Both the position numbers and the translations under genes were made by a program. A DNA stretch of 63,996 bases, filler included, from Sphacelaria rigidula (Eukaryota), in assembly GCA_964200075.2 (NCBI GenBank). It is 3 parts of 3 records of this genome, joined end to end, with 100 filler letters (N's around TTAATTAATTAA, not from the genome) between each part and the next. Parts side by side here need not be neighbours in the genome. Positions count along the whole stretch, not along the records: positions 21,736 to 43,351 come from CAXNAA020000400.1; 2 more parts are not named here. The stretch is one strand, 5' to 3'. The notes under the pieces were generated by a model. That model made no database searches, was not told the origin of the DNA, and saw only the letters and a program-made list of their open reading frames with translations. Below are positions 25,537-37,040 of the stretch, piece after piece. Position 1 is the first letter of the stretch. Each line of letters opens with the position of its first letter.

Positions 25537-28500
25537 CTGGATTCCGAGAAAAAGTGCTATCAGTTCCCGACACCATCGATGAGGAGCAACCATTCATGCA
25601 GATAGGATTGCTTAACAAAGATCTGCCAGGGACTTCAACTTGGTTTGTCGATACAGAAAATGACGGGTGGGGAAAAGGTGCCCATGGTTTGGATGGAACA
25701 ACCTACGATACTCACAGAGTAGAGCGCTAAACGCAGGGATGTCTCAAGCTCTTACTGTGACGACACCCACCTATATCTCTCCACCGATAGCTATGCAAAA
25801 TCATATCCTGCACGTTTGCCAATTTACACCTATAGAGCAGTCCTTCCATTTGTGGTTCACATCACCTGCAGATCTGACGCACCGCCATCTGGCCACATGA
25901 TCTGGAATCTCTCGACCAGCATAGCTTGTGGTGTTCCAACAAGCTTGAGCACTGCACATCGAGGGCGGGTCGGGTGGAACCATCAGTGATATACACCGCC
26001 AGCGCGAAGGCCTTGTTATGTGTCAGCAAACAAATTTTGCTCTCGACATCAGCGGAATTGAAGGAAGGATGAAACCAAGCACCGGACAGCATGAAGATGT
26101 AATAAGCGAGCTCTTTCTTGGCCTCTGCTACCAAATTTCGAAAACTCTTCCGAATGATGTTGCATTATCGTGCACATTGATTGATTGATACAGAACGGCG
26201 TCCTAGTATCATCTGCGCTGTCAAGTCTTAGAAGCAGCTGAAATTAGCGAGTTCATTGCTACCCATGGTAGTTGCACCCCGATCACGGGCACTCTTTTAC
26301 TCCTGCCGTTTGATGGGAACGAAATGTGTCCCAAGAGCGATCCTACGATGGGGGGTGACTCATGGGTGACTCATGAAATTGCATGCCGTAGTCATGAGAA
26401 CATTGACGTCGCATCCATACAAAGCCGGGACGGAGTACGCCAGGCTTTCGCCGGACCAGGCTCGCAAGCAATCATCAAGCGCAAACCGACGTGATATGTT
26501 CGGCGAGCCGCATGAGGGGTGAGCTGCATCCTGCTATGGTTGTTCAGCCCGAAGCTTGCTGATTATCTTGCATATGGATGACAGCTTCCGAATAGTTGCT
26601 TCAATTTCTGGTATCGCCAATTCCAGAGCGAGCCACGGGTCACACTGCCTCACGATTCTACGATAGGGAGGGGTCGTACTCATTTGTTGCTTGCCTCAGT
26701 CATGTGACCATTGGCCACGCACCCCTTTCGAGACGGATAGGGAAGGGCACTGATGTTTGATTCCACGAAAAACAGAGCGTCACAGGTGTGAGTCAGACTA
26801 ACACACTCGCGGTGCGCTTTTATGTGTCGAGCAGTATAAGTGAGTGTGTCTCATCAGTACCAAGAGCGTTCGAACAAAAGTTTCTGCTTTCGACGACGAT
26901 TTCAAATGACATTTTTGTGGAAGAAATGGCCCAAGACACAACCCCCACCCCGATATCGTACAATAACTTCGAGCTCAACATACCCTGTACAGTTCACGTG
27001 CGAAAAAAATGTCCCCGCCTATTCAACATTTCCGCTCACTAGTTCCGGAGTCGGTATAAATTGAGAGAAAGAACTGGTCTTCACGGGGAACGCTTCTCAA
27101 CTATTTATTGCCAGGACAACACGGGGTGGAAACTTGCCCTTGCTTGGGATAAGCGTAGTCTGGTCCAAAAGCACGGCTTTTCGGCTGTATCGCGATGAAT
27201 AGCTAGTATAAAGTACACCGGTCGCCCCGGTGGCTCAGTTGGTAACCTCGAAACCTTCTGACGGTTGGATCGTGGGTTCAATTCTCAGTCATCTGGGATT
27301 TTCCATCACACCATGCCCAACAGTGGAGACTTCGTTGTGGGTACACAAAATTCGACTTAACGGGCGACGAGGGAAAGGGACTTCTGAATCCCTCTCGCGA
27401 TAAAATAAAAAGGCAAGCACCGCAGAAGGAACGTGGGGTAGTAAAAACAAACAAAAAATAAAAAGCTCCTTCCCCGGCTGATGCGCCCACATATACCGAA
27501 AGGAACAGACCGGCGTCCAGAATAGATGGGACGACAACACACGCAACACAACACACACGAAGTGATTGACGATCGATTGTTTACCAGAATGATTTTGATT
27601 GATTCGACCGAATTAGTCAACGTAGCTGGGATTGTGTGTCGTGTAGTCGCAGGACCCTCGAGGACGCGTTACCCTGTAAGTCGGTCCAAATTCCTCATGA
27701 AATGATTCTCCCGTCGGAATGTGTCTCGGGTACTGATTTTCCTCCATCCCCATATGTAGTACTAAACGTCTACCCACATGAGTCATCAAAACTCGAAATA
27801 CTGAACGCACACACTCTCAATTTAAAATTAAGCGCTTGAATGGTTGCCAATATAAGCACGGCAAGCATGGGCCTTACCCATTTCAATCTTCGACATGTGC
27901 TTCGTGACGTACTTCGTGTAGCTCACAGGAACAGGCGTGCTCTGCAAAGGCTCCAAACCTGTGATGTACGTGAATGGGAACAAGGAAACTGTAGGCTGAA
28001 AGGTGTATGAACTAAATACGTCATTAAACGCAGTCAACTCACGCACATCCGTCATGAAAGACGACGATAATATTGGTGACGACATCGCGTAGGGTACAGG
28101 TCATTCACCTGGGGTTTACCCGATATTTCCCGGATCCGACAGCTCTGCGAGTCCTGGAAGTTTCCCATACCGGGACACCGGGATACCTTGTGAGAATACC
28201 CCGGTGGGTTTTCTGTACCCTTGAAACATTTCACACCCTGGACAATATATGATCAGTAGATGCAATAGACGAGAAGTGTACTGCATAAAGTATAGGCGTA
28301 TGCAACTATTGCCGGCCGACAATAGTCGCAGTAGGCCTATACTCTATGCAGTACGTTTCTTGTCTGTTGCAACTATTGACCATATATTGTCCTACGTGTG
28401 AAACACTTAGACAACCCCACGCAAATAATCGATAAAGTAGGCTTGTAATTGTAAACCTTGGTGAAACACACTCACCTATGGATGGAACTTTCAGCATCAA

Positions 28501-31500
28501 TGTTTTGAGATTGTAGACGTCCAGGAGGAGCTGCTGCGTCCCCATCTCGTTTACACGACGTTGCCGGAGAATAAGGCTCAAGAAGGATGGCAGGAACGAG
28601 GTGACCATCTTGTCGCAGAAATTTCTGGGAAAGGAGAGCGACGAGAGACTCTTTTTCACGGTGCTATCAGCCTGCAACAAGCCCTTGACAAATGTAGCGC
28701 CATTTTTGCCTCGTCGACTTCGAGGGCAACTGCACGACATACCAGAACTGCGACAAATCAGAGGCATCACTGTACGTAGTTGATGATTTCCGTCAACAGC
28801 CTCCAGTACTGCACGCAGCATGACAAGGAAACAGTGGAGAATACCTCATTTTTTCGACAACAAGACGGAAAAATTTACAACCGTATCCGTAACCGTCTTG
28901 TTCGGCGACCTGGCCTCACGGGTACATCGACACGCAGACACGAGATCTGCTTTCTATATAAGAGCCGTCTCTCTACGTATGCTACGGTTGCTTTTCGCCA
29001 GACCAACTACTCACTGATCCACACGCGCTCTTACATGGTGAATACAAACATTCGGAGGTAAGTATCACTGAAATCTGAACTGTCAACAAATTACTTGACA
29101 CCAACCAAACATCATCGGGTACGTCCACCACCATGTCTTCCATCTTCCATTAAACTGGTACACGCGCGTTTGATATAGAGGGTGACCACGCGATTCATTC
29201 GTTACTCGAGGCAGTAGTTTCTTTGGCAAAGAGAGCGCGCGTTTGGCTGCCATTTGTCGATCACGGGTGCGAAAGCTGTGCGGATACGAATCACCAAGCC
29301 AACTGCCGTGTATAGGGCCCGTCATTCTCACCTAAAGTACAGGGTAGAGAGAAGGTTGCGAATGCCCGGGATAAAGTTTTGAAACGCATCGTGAATGCTG
29401 CGCACATAGTGACTTTCTTCTCCGACCATCTCGCAGTTGCCCCAATTAATAGCTGACATCGCCCGAAATGCTGGCTCCACGCGAGTCTCAAGTCCAGACA
29501 CCAAAACTCGGATCGCCTGCGTGATGACGTTGTAGAAGGGTTCCTGCTCCTCGGCAAGGTCCACTTTATCCGCCAGAACTGCATCCATCTTGCCCCTAAC
29601 AGGAAATTTCACCACTTGTCATCACACGGAGTATATCTTCAGACACGTTGATTTAACTTGACTAATTATCATCATTTTTATTATTTCCGCACAATAGTCC
29701 GATCTCTCGAACCCATGGTCACAGAGCTGACCAAGGTGAGTACGTATATCTACATGACTTACTTCATGGGCAAGCAACGTGCCGGCCGTCGTGTTCATGC
29801 GGCACTCGAATACGACGCAGGAAGACTCGAGATAAAACCAACACGCACTTGATCATATCTTCCAGCTGAGGAAGGATATCTGCACAGTACTCTGCAGTGT
29901 TGACCACGTAGCAAACAGCTATTTCGCCTCCATCAAGAATGCGATATTGCTGCCCAGTGCTTGTTTGTGTTGTTGGCAGCTTGGCCTCGAGTAGGTTCGC
30001 GTACGTCCTGCACAAAACATGAAGTGTCAACATCGGCAGGGTGAACGGCTGTTGTACAACGAAAAACGGGTCATTGCAAGGTGTGGCGGGATGGTGAAAT
30101 GTGCCAGAGAAGGTTTTCGTGGCCGATTTTGTGAATCGGATCGGCTCCAGTAGTCGGAGCTGATCGAATCAAGAGCTGTGTATGAAACGATGCTCCGAAA
30201 CATGAAGTTCTTAGCGCTTGAGGTATGTGTAGAAGTGCAAAGATATAACTACTGCTGAGGTGTAAGACCGGGATTGAAAATAACGCAAACAGACGCCGTT
30301 CACCGCGTTGATGTATTCCGGAAGGAAACATGTGGTATCGATCGTTTCCAAGTAGATCTCGATTGTTGTACACTAGAAAATCTCTAGAGCAGGCGCGTTG
30401 ATCTGCAGCAAAGGGGACAGATTAATACATGTCATCGTGCTCCGAAGGCTATTGTGCGCAAGCAAGGACCCACGAGGTTTTTTGTCAACGGTGTTTAGGT
30501 CAAGGACTCGCAAACTAGGGCACTACAAGTGAGAACATGGGCAAATGGCACCTGGGGGTCGAGGAGGGGACGAGAGAGTTCGTGGAGGCATACCGACGCG
30601 AATATCTCCACCAATCCGATCTATTATGACACATCACCAAAGAGAGACTACCGCGTTGGTGGCTGCCAAAATAGGAAGCACCGTTCACACAACCCATCAA
30701 CAGCACCCCGCGAGAAATCCAAGATGGTAATGACCGGGACAGTCGCCCGCTCTGTTCCGGCTATATATGACGGCGAAGCGCGGGTGGGATACACGGTAAC
30801 TGACGCCTCTGTCGTACTCTATCGATCGATGTCTTATCTCCATAGGTTCTAAGGCTACAGTAGCTCTATTCCTTTGTCATGTTTTCTGTCCATGCTCTTT
30901 GTTCTTCACTTTCCCTCTCTTCCCGTTTCTTCTTCTTTCCCTTCCATGCTCTGCGTTTCTGTTAATTTTCTGTGCAGGTCGCGATTGATAGTTCTTGTCC
31001 AATAGTGCTGTCCCCAGATAGCTGGGACGTAACCTGCTCCCACGGGCTTGCTTCTTGTGATGCCTTCCATGTGAAAACCTTATCTGAAAACCTTGGGGAA
31101 TTATCGGGTTCCAGACCGGCGTCTATGCTGATTTTCATGTTCGTCTCCTCATCAGTTGTTTCCCCGTTTTCGGGTTTGGCTCAACGGGTGTTTCCCGTTC
31201 ATGCAAATGGTTTAACCATTTTGGAACCCACTGACGATTCTTGTTCTTGTGAATCGGCATCATTTTGACTTGAAAATGACTGAAGATTATGCCGATTCAC
31301 AAAAACAGGAATCGTCAACGGGTTCCAAAAGGGTTAAATTCTATATTGTGCCCACAACTGTATTTGCAGCGGATGATTTGAAATTGATTTTCATGTACGG
31401 CAATCAATCGATTACATCTATCAACCGATCAACACGGCGCCGCTCTTTGTTTTCCCTCAGGTTGACTGGCTCAACCTCACCAGCACCAGTGCCGCTGACG

Positions 31501-34500
31501 ACACACACACTGGCTTCAACAAAAATGTTGCGCGAGCCGCTTACCTCAGACACGTTTTGAACTCCTCGTGCAGATCGAAGAACGTCTGGCCTGTTGCGAA
31601 TTTAGTACAACGCTGTATAGCGCTTTTGATGCGAACGAAAATGTCGACACTTGTGCTGAAGACTGGTAATTTCCCATCCCGATCGATGTCATCATCGGTC
31701 GCCGTCGCTGTCCTTGATGCTGCGCTGATGACGTCATCCAAATTTCTTTTCTCGAACGCAATATACGGTCCCATGAACGGATCAAATACGCCGGACAGCA
31801 GGCCAATTATCGGAGGCAGAGACCCGTCCAACTCATCAGTAACCCCTTCGCCATTTGCGCTGAGGGTTGCAAACCGCGATTTTGGTCCTGTAGCCCCAAT
31901 GCTTTGCGTTTCTTCGGCGCCAGTACCAGATGCTTTAGCGTACTTTCGCCTAATGCCCTCTGCGCTGTTCGAATCTATCAAGTTCCCTTCTGCATCAAGC
32001 TCAACCTCGGTCGCACGCGGAGTGCCATCGCCTTTTCCTTCGAAGCGAGAATGAGCCTCGTTTTCGAAGGCCAGGCACTTGTGAACAGCCTGGAGAAGGG
32101 AAGAAATGCAAACTTGTCAGAGTAGCACACTGTAGTACATCATAAAATTGTCGCAGTGCCGATATGTTCACCAGGTGCACGGCGATTCTAGAATATAAAT
32201 ACCATGATCCTTGCGCCGCGCCGATGTTAAAAGTTGAACTTCACCTTGCCACGTACACGTACATGATTGTGCACGTCCGATGTCGCGTCATAGCTACATT
32301 GCAGTAGCGACCAACAGGCGAGTAGACGTGTATCACCTTGAGAAGCTTTGTCACATCTTCTGCCTCCTCCGAACCCTGTTCCAGCACCTCGAGCAAATCG
32401 GCACGCGTATCCGTGAGGAATCTCATACACAACCGATGCTGTAGACGCCAGTGCCTTGGAAATACGCCATCAAAACGTAAGTCCACGCCACGAAGAAGCC
32501 TTCGAAACCACGCAAAGCGCCGATCCATTTGGTCAAGTTGCGCCTGGACCGTCCCTCGCGCGAACAGCGGCGCGTAAGGCTGCATTTGCTGGTCGCAAAA
32601 CGACTCGATCTGCACCGGTGTGAGTTACAGACAGATGAACAATTATAAGTACGCACTAGTGTGGGAAGCAGTGCAAGGGGATCAGGATTGTCGGTATACC
32701 CAGCGATCACACTTTGCCTGTACTTGCGTGTTCATTACCCTTGCAGTAAGCTTTCGCAAAGTGCTAACCTTCGTTCCCCGCTGGTGACTGATATTGTCCA
32801 AGCACACACATGACCTGCACAATCTGCATGGGCACCCATCTCATCACACGTCTGATCCATCGCGGTAATCGTGATCGGGGGGCAAATGAGTGTGCTGAAA
32901 GCTGCATGGGGATCTCTGCGCAGCATGTGTAAAGTTCATACAGGCTGGTTAACGCTTTTGACCCCGAATTCACTCATCAACAAATGCCTTTTGCGACACC
33001 TACCCTACCGTCTCATGCATGGTATCAAACTGACCGCCATGGATAACTGAAGAGGGTAAAATAGTCGGATTGTCATTCAATATCATAGTGGTGGCGTTAA
33101 GGGCGAAAAAAGGGCGACGGAGTATCTCGATCAATCAGCGGACTTGACATTGTTCTGAATTCGAAAGTGACAACTCTCAACCCAGTTTCTACCTAATCTC
33201 CACATGCATCATATTTTAGTGATCGTCATCAGCTCGGGAACCTAACCAAGAATATATATTTGAAGACGGTTTCCATGTCATCGGATTTCCGTGGTATTCC
33301 GGTCATGTGGGGTTTGGCGTCGTCGGATGTCCCCTGACGATATGCACCGAATACCCAGAAAGGCTGCTGACGGTTTCCTTGTATCTATCGTAGGAAAGTT
33401 CTGACCGCCCTCAAACTTGGCAGTTCCATAGGTATTGATGCTCCAAAGAGAAGGACGAACTGTCAAGAACATTTCAACATTTCTCCACCCTTTACCGGCT
33501 TCAGGGAGTCCCCGCATGAAGACTCCCGGAAGCCAGTACAGAATGCCTAGATACAGTAGATGATTATTATACATCCCCGCGTAGCCCACGGAATATTTGT
33601 ACGAAGTGTCGTTGCGTAACTCAAAAGACTGATGCACTGGGGTCGTTTCAACGTCACACGTACCAGAAAAAGTCGTTTCACCATTAGAACGGAGATGTTC
33701 GGAATTTGTGCCTTTCGAGCCCACTTTGTCACGCTCAAGGCCAAATGTTGATACCGATTCTTGGAGTTAGACTCTGGAAAATGGCACACAGATACTATGG
33801 GGTATTTCGAAACTCTCAAGGAATGGTCTTCTTTGATTTTTCGCCGAATTTCGAAGATCCAAATATGGCAATGTTTCCCCAGCGTACGTTTTGGGCCTAA
33901 ATTGCGCGTAGCGCACATTTTTTCAAGAGCCATCTGCGGCTAGCCGTGAAGAAAAGAAAATGCGGTTGTAATTTTTGGCGGCAGGCATCAAATCTCATTG
34001 CGAGACGTTTCGAACACTTCGAGTCTTCTTCGTTATCATCGCTACTCTTCGCTCCATACCCCTGCTGATACATACAAGACTGCAGTTAATAAGCCAAAAA
34101 TGGAGTATTACAACCCATATTTCGATCGTTTATTTTATTACTTGACGGGAAATACCCGTATTTCCCGCCTTCGGCTTCCGTGTGCGCCAGCGCACATCGT
34201 GTTTCCGAACTTTTAAAACCTGCTCCCCAGGATCTTGGAACCCCCGATAACCGGCGAAAAAAAATCCCATTCCTCCAGATGTTCGGAATGCCCCATAGTA
34301 TATGAATGCAAATTTATGGAGTGCAATTCCGAGAATAGGCGTTAATAAATGAGGATGAGTGAATTTTGGGTCAAAAGCGTGAAGCAGCCTTTGGAAGACC
34401 AGAAATTGACGGATCACACACCTCGACAGATGGATGAAATAGAGAAGGCCCGCGCCGGCCACATAATCACAGCGCTGGCTGTAGGGTCACACACATAGCG

Positions 34501-35606
34501 TCAGCTTTTTGCTTCAGAAAAATCCGCTTCTGTTGCTGTTGCGATGGGTGCACGCTGCTTGTTGCCCATGAAGCATGCACCACTGTCACGTAGTCTGCTA
34601 CACTACTCTGTCGGGCACCATGTTCTGGTTGTACGATCAAAGGAACGGGAAAAAAATGGCCCTCAATTATACACCTGTACCCCCCCCAAAAGAAGTATGA
34701 GCCCTTGGTGAGGACACTTGAGGTATTGATTAATTTATTGATTGTCGCACATTAACATCAAGTGATCCCCCATGGCCCACACGAAAGAGACGTAATCAAC
34801 GTCAACACAACGGAAACACTCGCTGTCTTCTTGTCTTGTGTTGTCATCCCATCTATTCTGGACGCCAGTCTACGCCTTTTCGGTATATGCGGGCGCATCA
34901 GCCGCCGTCACGCAGGAGGAAGGCCAACACAGGAGTTTCCCTTTCCTTCTTTTATTTGGGTACTCCCCCTTCCTTTTGCGGTGCTTGCCTTATTTTATAT
35001 CGCGACAGGGGTTCAGCGGTTCCTCTCCGTCGTCGACTGTGAACTCGAATTTTGAGTATCCACGACGAAATCGCGCTCCACTGTTGGGCATGGTGTAAGA
35101 AAAATTCCCAGATCGTTTGAATTCACGAGATTCGACCCCACGAACTAACCGTCAGAAGGTTTCGAGGTTACCAACTGAGCCACCGGGGTGCCCTGCTCAC
35201 CCGCTAAAGAAGAAAATTTAAAGAAAAGAGAAAAAAACGAGAAAATGGTCGAAAGAAACAAAGGAATATAATAAATGCTGCTCCGGAGAGGGCATAGCCA
35301 TGGTAACTAAGGACACGTGAGAAAAAGACGGCGTACAACCTTAGTGATGAAGAAGTGCAAAACAAGTTCCAATAGAACCTCTGAGCCCACCTGCTGTTGC
35401 CGTGCCTGCCCTCCTAGCGCATCCACAACCAGGCATGCCTCGTGGAGAGAACGGAACTGCCCTGGCTTGTCGTCTCGTTGAAAGCTCTCTGGGTCAGCGG
35501 TCAAACTAGCCAACTGGCCAACTTGATTAAAAGCCTGCGAAGTCTGCTCTACCAGCTCGTTCTTGATACCGATTACGGTCTCTCGAAGCTCCGCGATTCG
35601 AGGAAC
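25337..35606 (-). CDS. VPS53: Vacuolar protein sorting-associated protein 53 (GARP/EARP complex subunit), 5'-partial, 9 exons traced
   Basis: Minus-strand exons with GT-AG borders and matching phases: 35606-35391, 32609-32337, 32089-31545, 30007-29849, 29595-29332, 28624-28476, 27958-27878, 25951-25866, 25536-25337. The translation contains Vps53 hallmarks: VPRIAELR, EACLVVDAL, LDQMDRRFAWFRRLL, VFPRHW, FDPFMGPYI, CYVVNTAEYC, MSAINW...VGEESHYV, YFRNFCDK, GTQQLLLDVYNLK, LKLVGTP, IMTLKGMRKTDQ. A tentative tiny terminal exon at 25212-25203 would give ...TNTRAD-stop. Confidence 0.93.
25866..25951 (-). CDS. VPS53: VPS53 exon (VLKLVGTPQAMLVERFQIMWPDGGASDLQ)
   Basis: tgcag|TG acceptor and CAG|gtgat donor; 86 nt, phase 1/0. 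This frame is not in the ORF track. Confidence 0.9.
26350..26655 (+). repeat. Dispersed repeat family C, copy in a VPS53 intron
   Basis: Colinear similarity with 58955-59245 (cattgac...cgcatcc...ttcgccgga...ggcgag...cgcatga...gagctgcatcc...ctgattatcttg...ctggtatcgcca) and with the inverted partial copy at 61336-61435. Confidence 0.7.
27224..27558 (+). mobile_element. tRNA-derived SINE family A, full-length copy
   Basis: Head gccccggTGGCTCAGTTGGtaac (Pol III A box) followed by gGGTTCAATTCt (B box). ~330-nt body and (CA)-rich tail. Four further copies in the window. Confidence 0.85.
27878..27958 (-). CDS. VPS53: VPS53 exon (LEPLQSTPVPVSYTKYVTKHMSKIEM)
   Basis: cacag|GT acceptor and G|gtaagg donor; 81 nt, phase 1/1. 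Confidence 0.88.
28476..28624 (-). CDS. VPS53: VPS53 exon (NFCDKMVTSF...GTQQLLLDVYNLKTLMLKVPSI)
   Basis: cccag|A acceptor and G|gtgagt donor; 149 nt, phase 2/1. Confidence 0.92.
29332..29595 (-). CDS. VPS53: VPS53 exon (GKMDAVLADKVDL...VGEESHYV...LSTLYFR)
   Basis: gttag|G acceptor and AG|gtgaga donor; 264 nt, phase 2/2. Confidence 0.92.
29849..30007 (-). CDS. VPS53: VPS53 exon (TYANLLEAKLP...CYVVNTAEYCADILPQLEDMIK)
   Basis: tgcag|G acceptor and AA|gtgcgt donor; 159 nt, phase 2/2. Confidence 0.92.
30520..31030 (+). mobile_element. RTE LINE 3' fragment in a VPS53 intron
   Basis: Encodes SENMGKWHLGVEEGTREFVEAYRR, which resembles AKDLGKWHIEVEKGAEEFEDTWRR at the C-terminus of the LINE (about 51330-51400, minus). 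A pyrimidine-rich UTR follows. Confidence 0.65.
31211..31338. repeat. Intronic hairpin with ~50-bp imperfect arms
   Basis: tttaaccattttggaacccactgacgattcttgttcttgtgaatcggcat pairs with atgccgattcacaaaaacaggaatcgtcaacgggttccaaaagggttaaa. Confidence 0.85.
31545..32089 (-). CDS. VPS53: VPS53 exon (AVHKCLAFENE...FDPFMGPYI...EEFKTCLR)
   Basis: tccag|GCT acceptor and AG|gtaagc donor; 545 nt, phase 0/2. Confidence 0.92.
32337..32609 (-). CDS. VPS53: VPS53 exon (IESFCDQQMQPY...DRRFAWFRRLL...VTKLLK)
   Basis: tgcag|ATC acceptor and AAG|gtgata donor; 273 nt, phase 0/0. Confidence 0.92.
33755..34345. repeat. Diverged inverted repeat pair (foldback element remnant)
   Basis: atactatggggtatttcgaa...aggaatgg...tttttcgccg (33790-33846) is the reverse complement of cggcgaaaaaaaatcccattcct...ttcggaatgccccatagtat (34252-34301). 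Confidence 0.55.
34836..35189 (-). mobile_element. SINE family A copy nested in an RTE 3' UTR remnant (about 34735-35290)
   Basis: The reverse-complemented head ggttaccaactgagccaccgggg is at 35166-35188 and the tail tgtgttgtcatcccatctattctggac is at 34837. It is flanked by the LINE-tail word gattgtcgcac (34740) and an A-rich tract (35205-35280). Confidence 0.85.
35391..35606 (-). CDS. VPS53: VPS53 exon (VPRIAELRETVIGIKNELVEQ...EACLVVDALGGQARQQQ)
   Basis: acag|GTT acceptor and CAG|gtgggc donor; 216 nt, phase 0/0. Confidence 0.9.
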
Positions 35607-36705
35607 CTGTGTGATTTATTGTGACATGAAAGACGGTCATCTACAGGTTCCGTATGCGCGACAGCGACGTGCCCTACATCAATGATGGAAAATCTGGAAC
35701 TGCATTCGTTACGTACAATAATGGGATGGTCGGATACATGCAGAACTGCGTCATCTCGGGATTTTGACCTATTTAGCCCGACGCACTTCGAACAGGGACA
35801 TGGACATTTGAATTGTGGTGTACATCGCCTCCGTACTACTGTCGGGGGGGGGGGGGGGCAGAGGGAGGGACGGTGATCCGAGGAAAGCGCTGTGCATCTT
35901 CTTGTATTGTGCCATGCCTATCAAACTAGATTTAAAGTTGTTGCACACTTGTCTCAAGTGCAAAAGCCTCCTGTGTGTACCAGTTCTTAGCACCGTACGC
36001 AGGATAACTGGATATCGCTGCCTTGCGCGACTCAGGCACGAACTGCGAACTACCTGCAACATAGTCGACATGAGTCGCTTGTCCGGCACACGTTTTGTTC
36101 GTCGTGTGGTTGCTGGGCGAGTGCAGTCGCTGCACTCCAATAGCTCGGAAATAACTTGTGAGTGCGAATTTGTAGAAAGCCATAGAATACAAGATTGCTT
36201 GCTACATTTTCGGGCGTCCTTGTTGCCGCATAGAACCACACCACACACACCAGGGCTTGACCCACACTACGCTGCTGAGTTCTTCATTGCAATGTTCAAG
36301 ACGTGCAGGGATTGTGTCATGAAGGGGAACAAGTGTAGCACCTGCATGTTGATTGCTGCTTTGCAAAAAAAGTCGTTTGTCGCACACATTTAGACCTCTA
36401 GTGAGCTATGCTTAGCCACAGTCTGTCTTCTCTCGAGTAGTGCGCTCAGATCAGATCAGGCAGTGCGTGTGTTTCCTTCGTATATCCATTACGCTATTTT
36501 ATCCAAAAATGCGGTACTGTGCCGTACTTGAAGCGGCACAAATCATAACACTGAAGAGGTGTACATCGCCAAACACCAATGGATTTCAACATACGTGGCC
36601 CTCATCCCAGAATTATTGCACTGAGATTTCTACACAAAACGTCGGCATTTTAATTTTCCAGGGGTATTTTGCGCCATTCTCTGATGCTGCGGGATGTGCC
36701 GCCAC

Positions 36706-37040
36706 GCCCCGGTGGTGTAATGGTCCGACTGTCACCATTAGGGCGGAGGGAACGAGGGTTCGATTCCCGATGCGTTCAGTTTTTCTTCGCAGTATCTGAT
36801 TCCCACCGCGAAAAGCGTAAGAACGTGAGTGAACAAAGTAGTCGACTGAGTTTGTTTGGCGTGAGTTGACGCGGTGCGGGAGTGCTGATAGTCATGACCA
36901 ACCCCGCGAGACCAAAATGCAAGGCGTGTACCGGGGAGAGATGGGTTGATCCCTTGAGACCACAGACTTGTCCTGAGGAAGAGGAGGGGTACAAAGTGTG
37001 ACAAGTGAGTAAGTAAGTGAGTACGTAAGTAAATAAAAAG
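36706..37040 (+). mobile_element. tRNA-derived SINE family B
   Basis: Head gccccggTGGTGTAATGG (A box) followed by gGGTTCGATTCCcg (B box), ~300-nt body and an (AAGT/GAGT)n tail. A second copy is at 44408-44712 (minus). Confidence 0.8.

Noticed and set aside
27224-27300. Functional tRNA genes at the SINE heads (also 36706, 35189, 40059, 44712, 46326)
   Set aside because: A and B boxes are present, but the acceptor and anticodon stems do not close and each head continues into a shared ~300-nt body. These are SINEs, not tRNAs.
31557-32054. 165-aa plus-strand ORF as an overlapping gene
   Set aside because: It is the antisense shadow of the large VPS53 exon.
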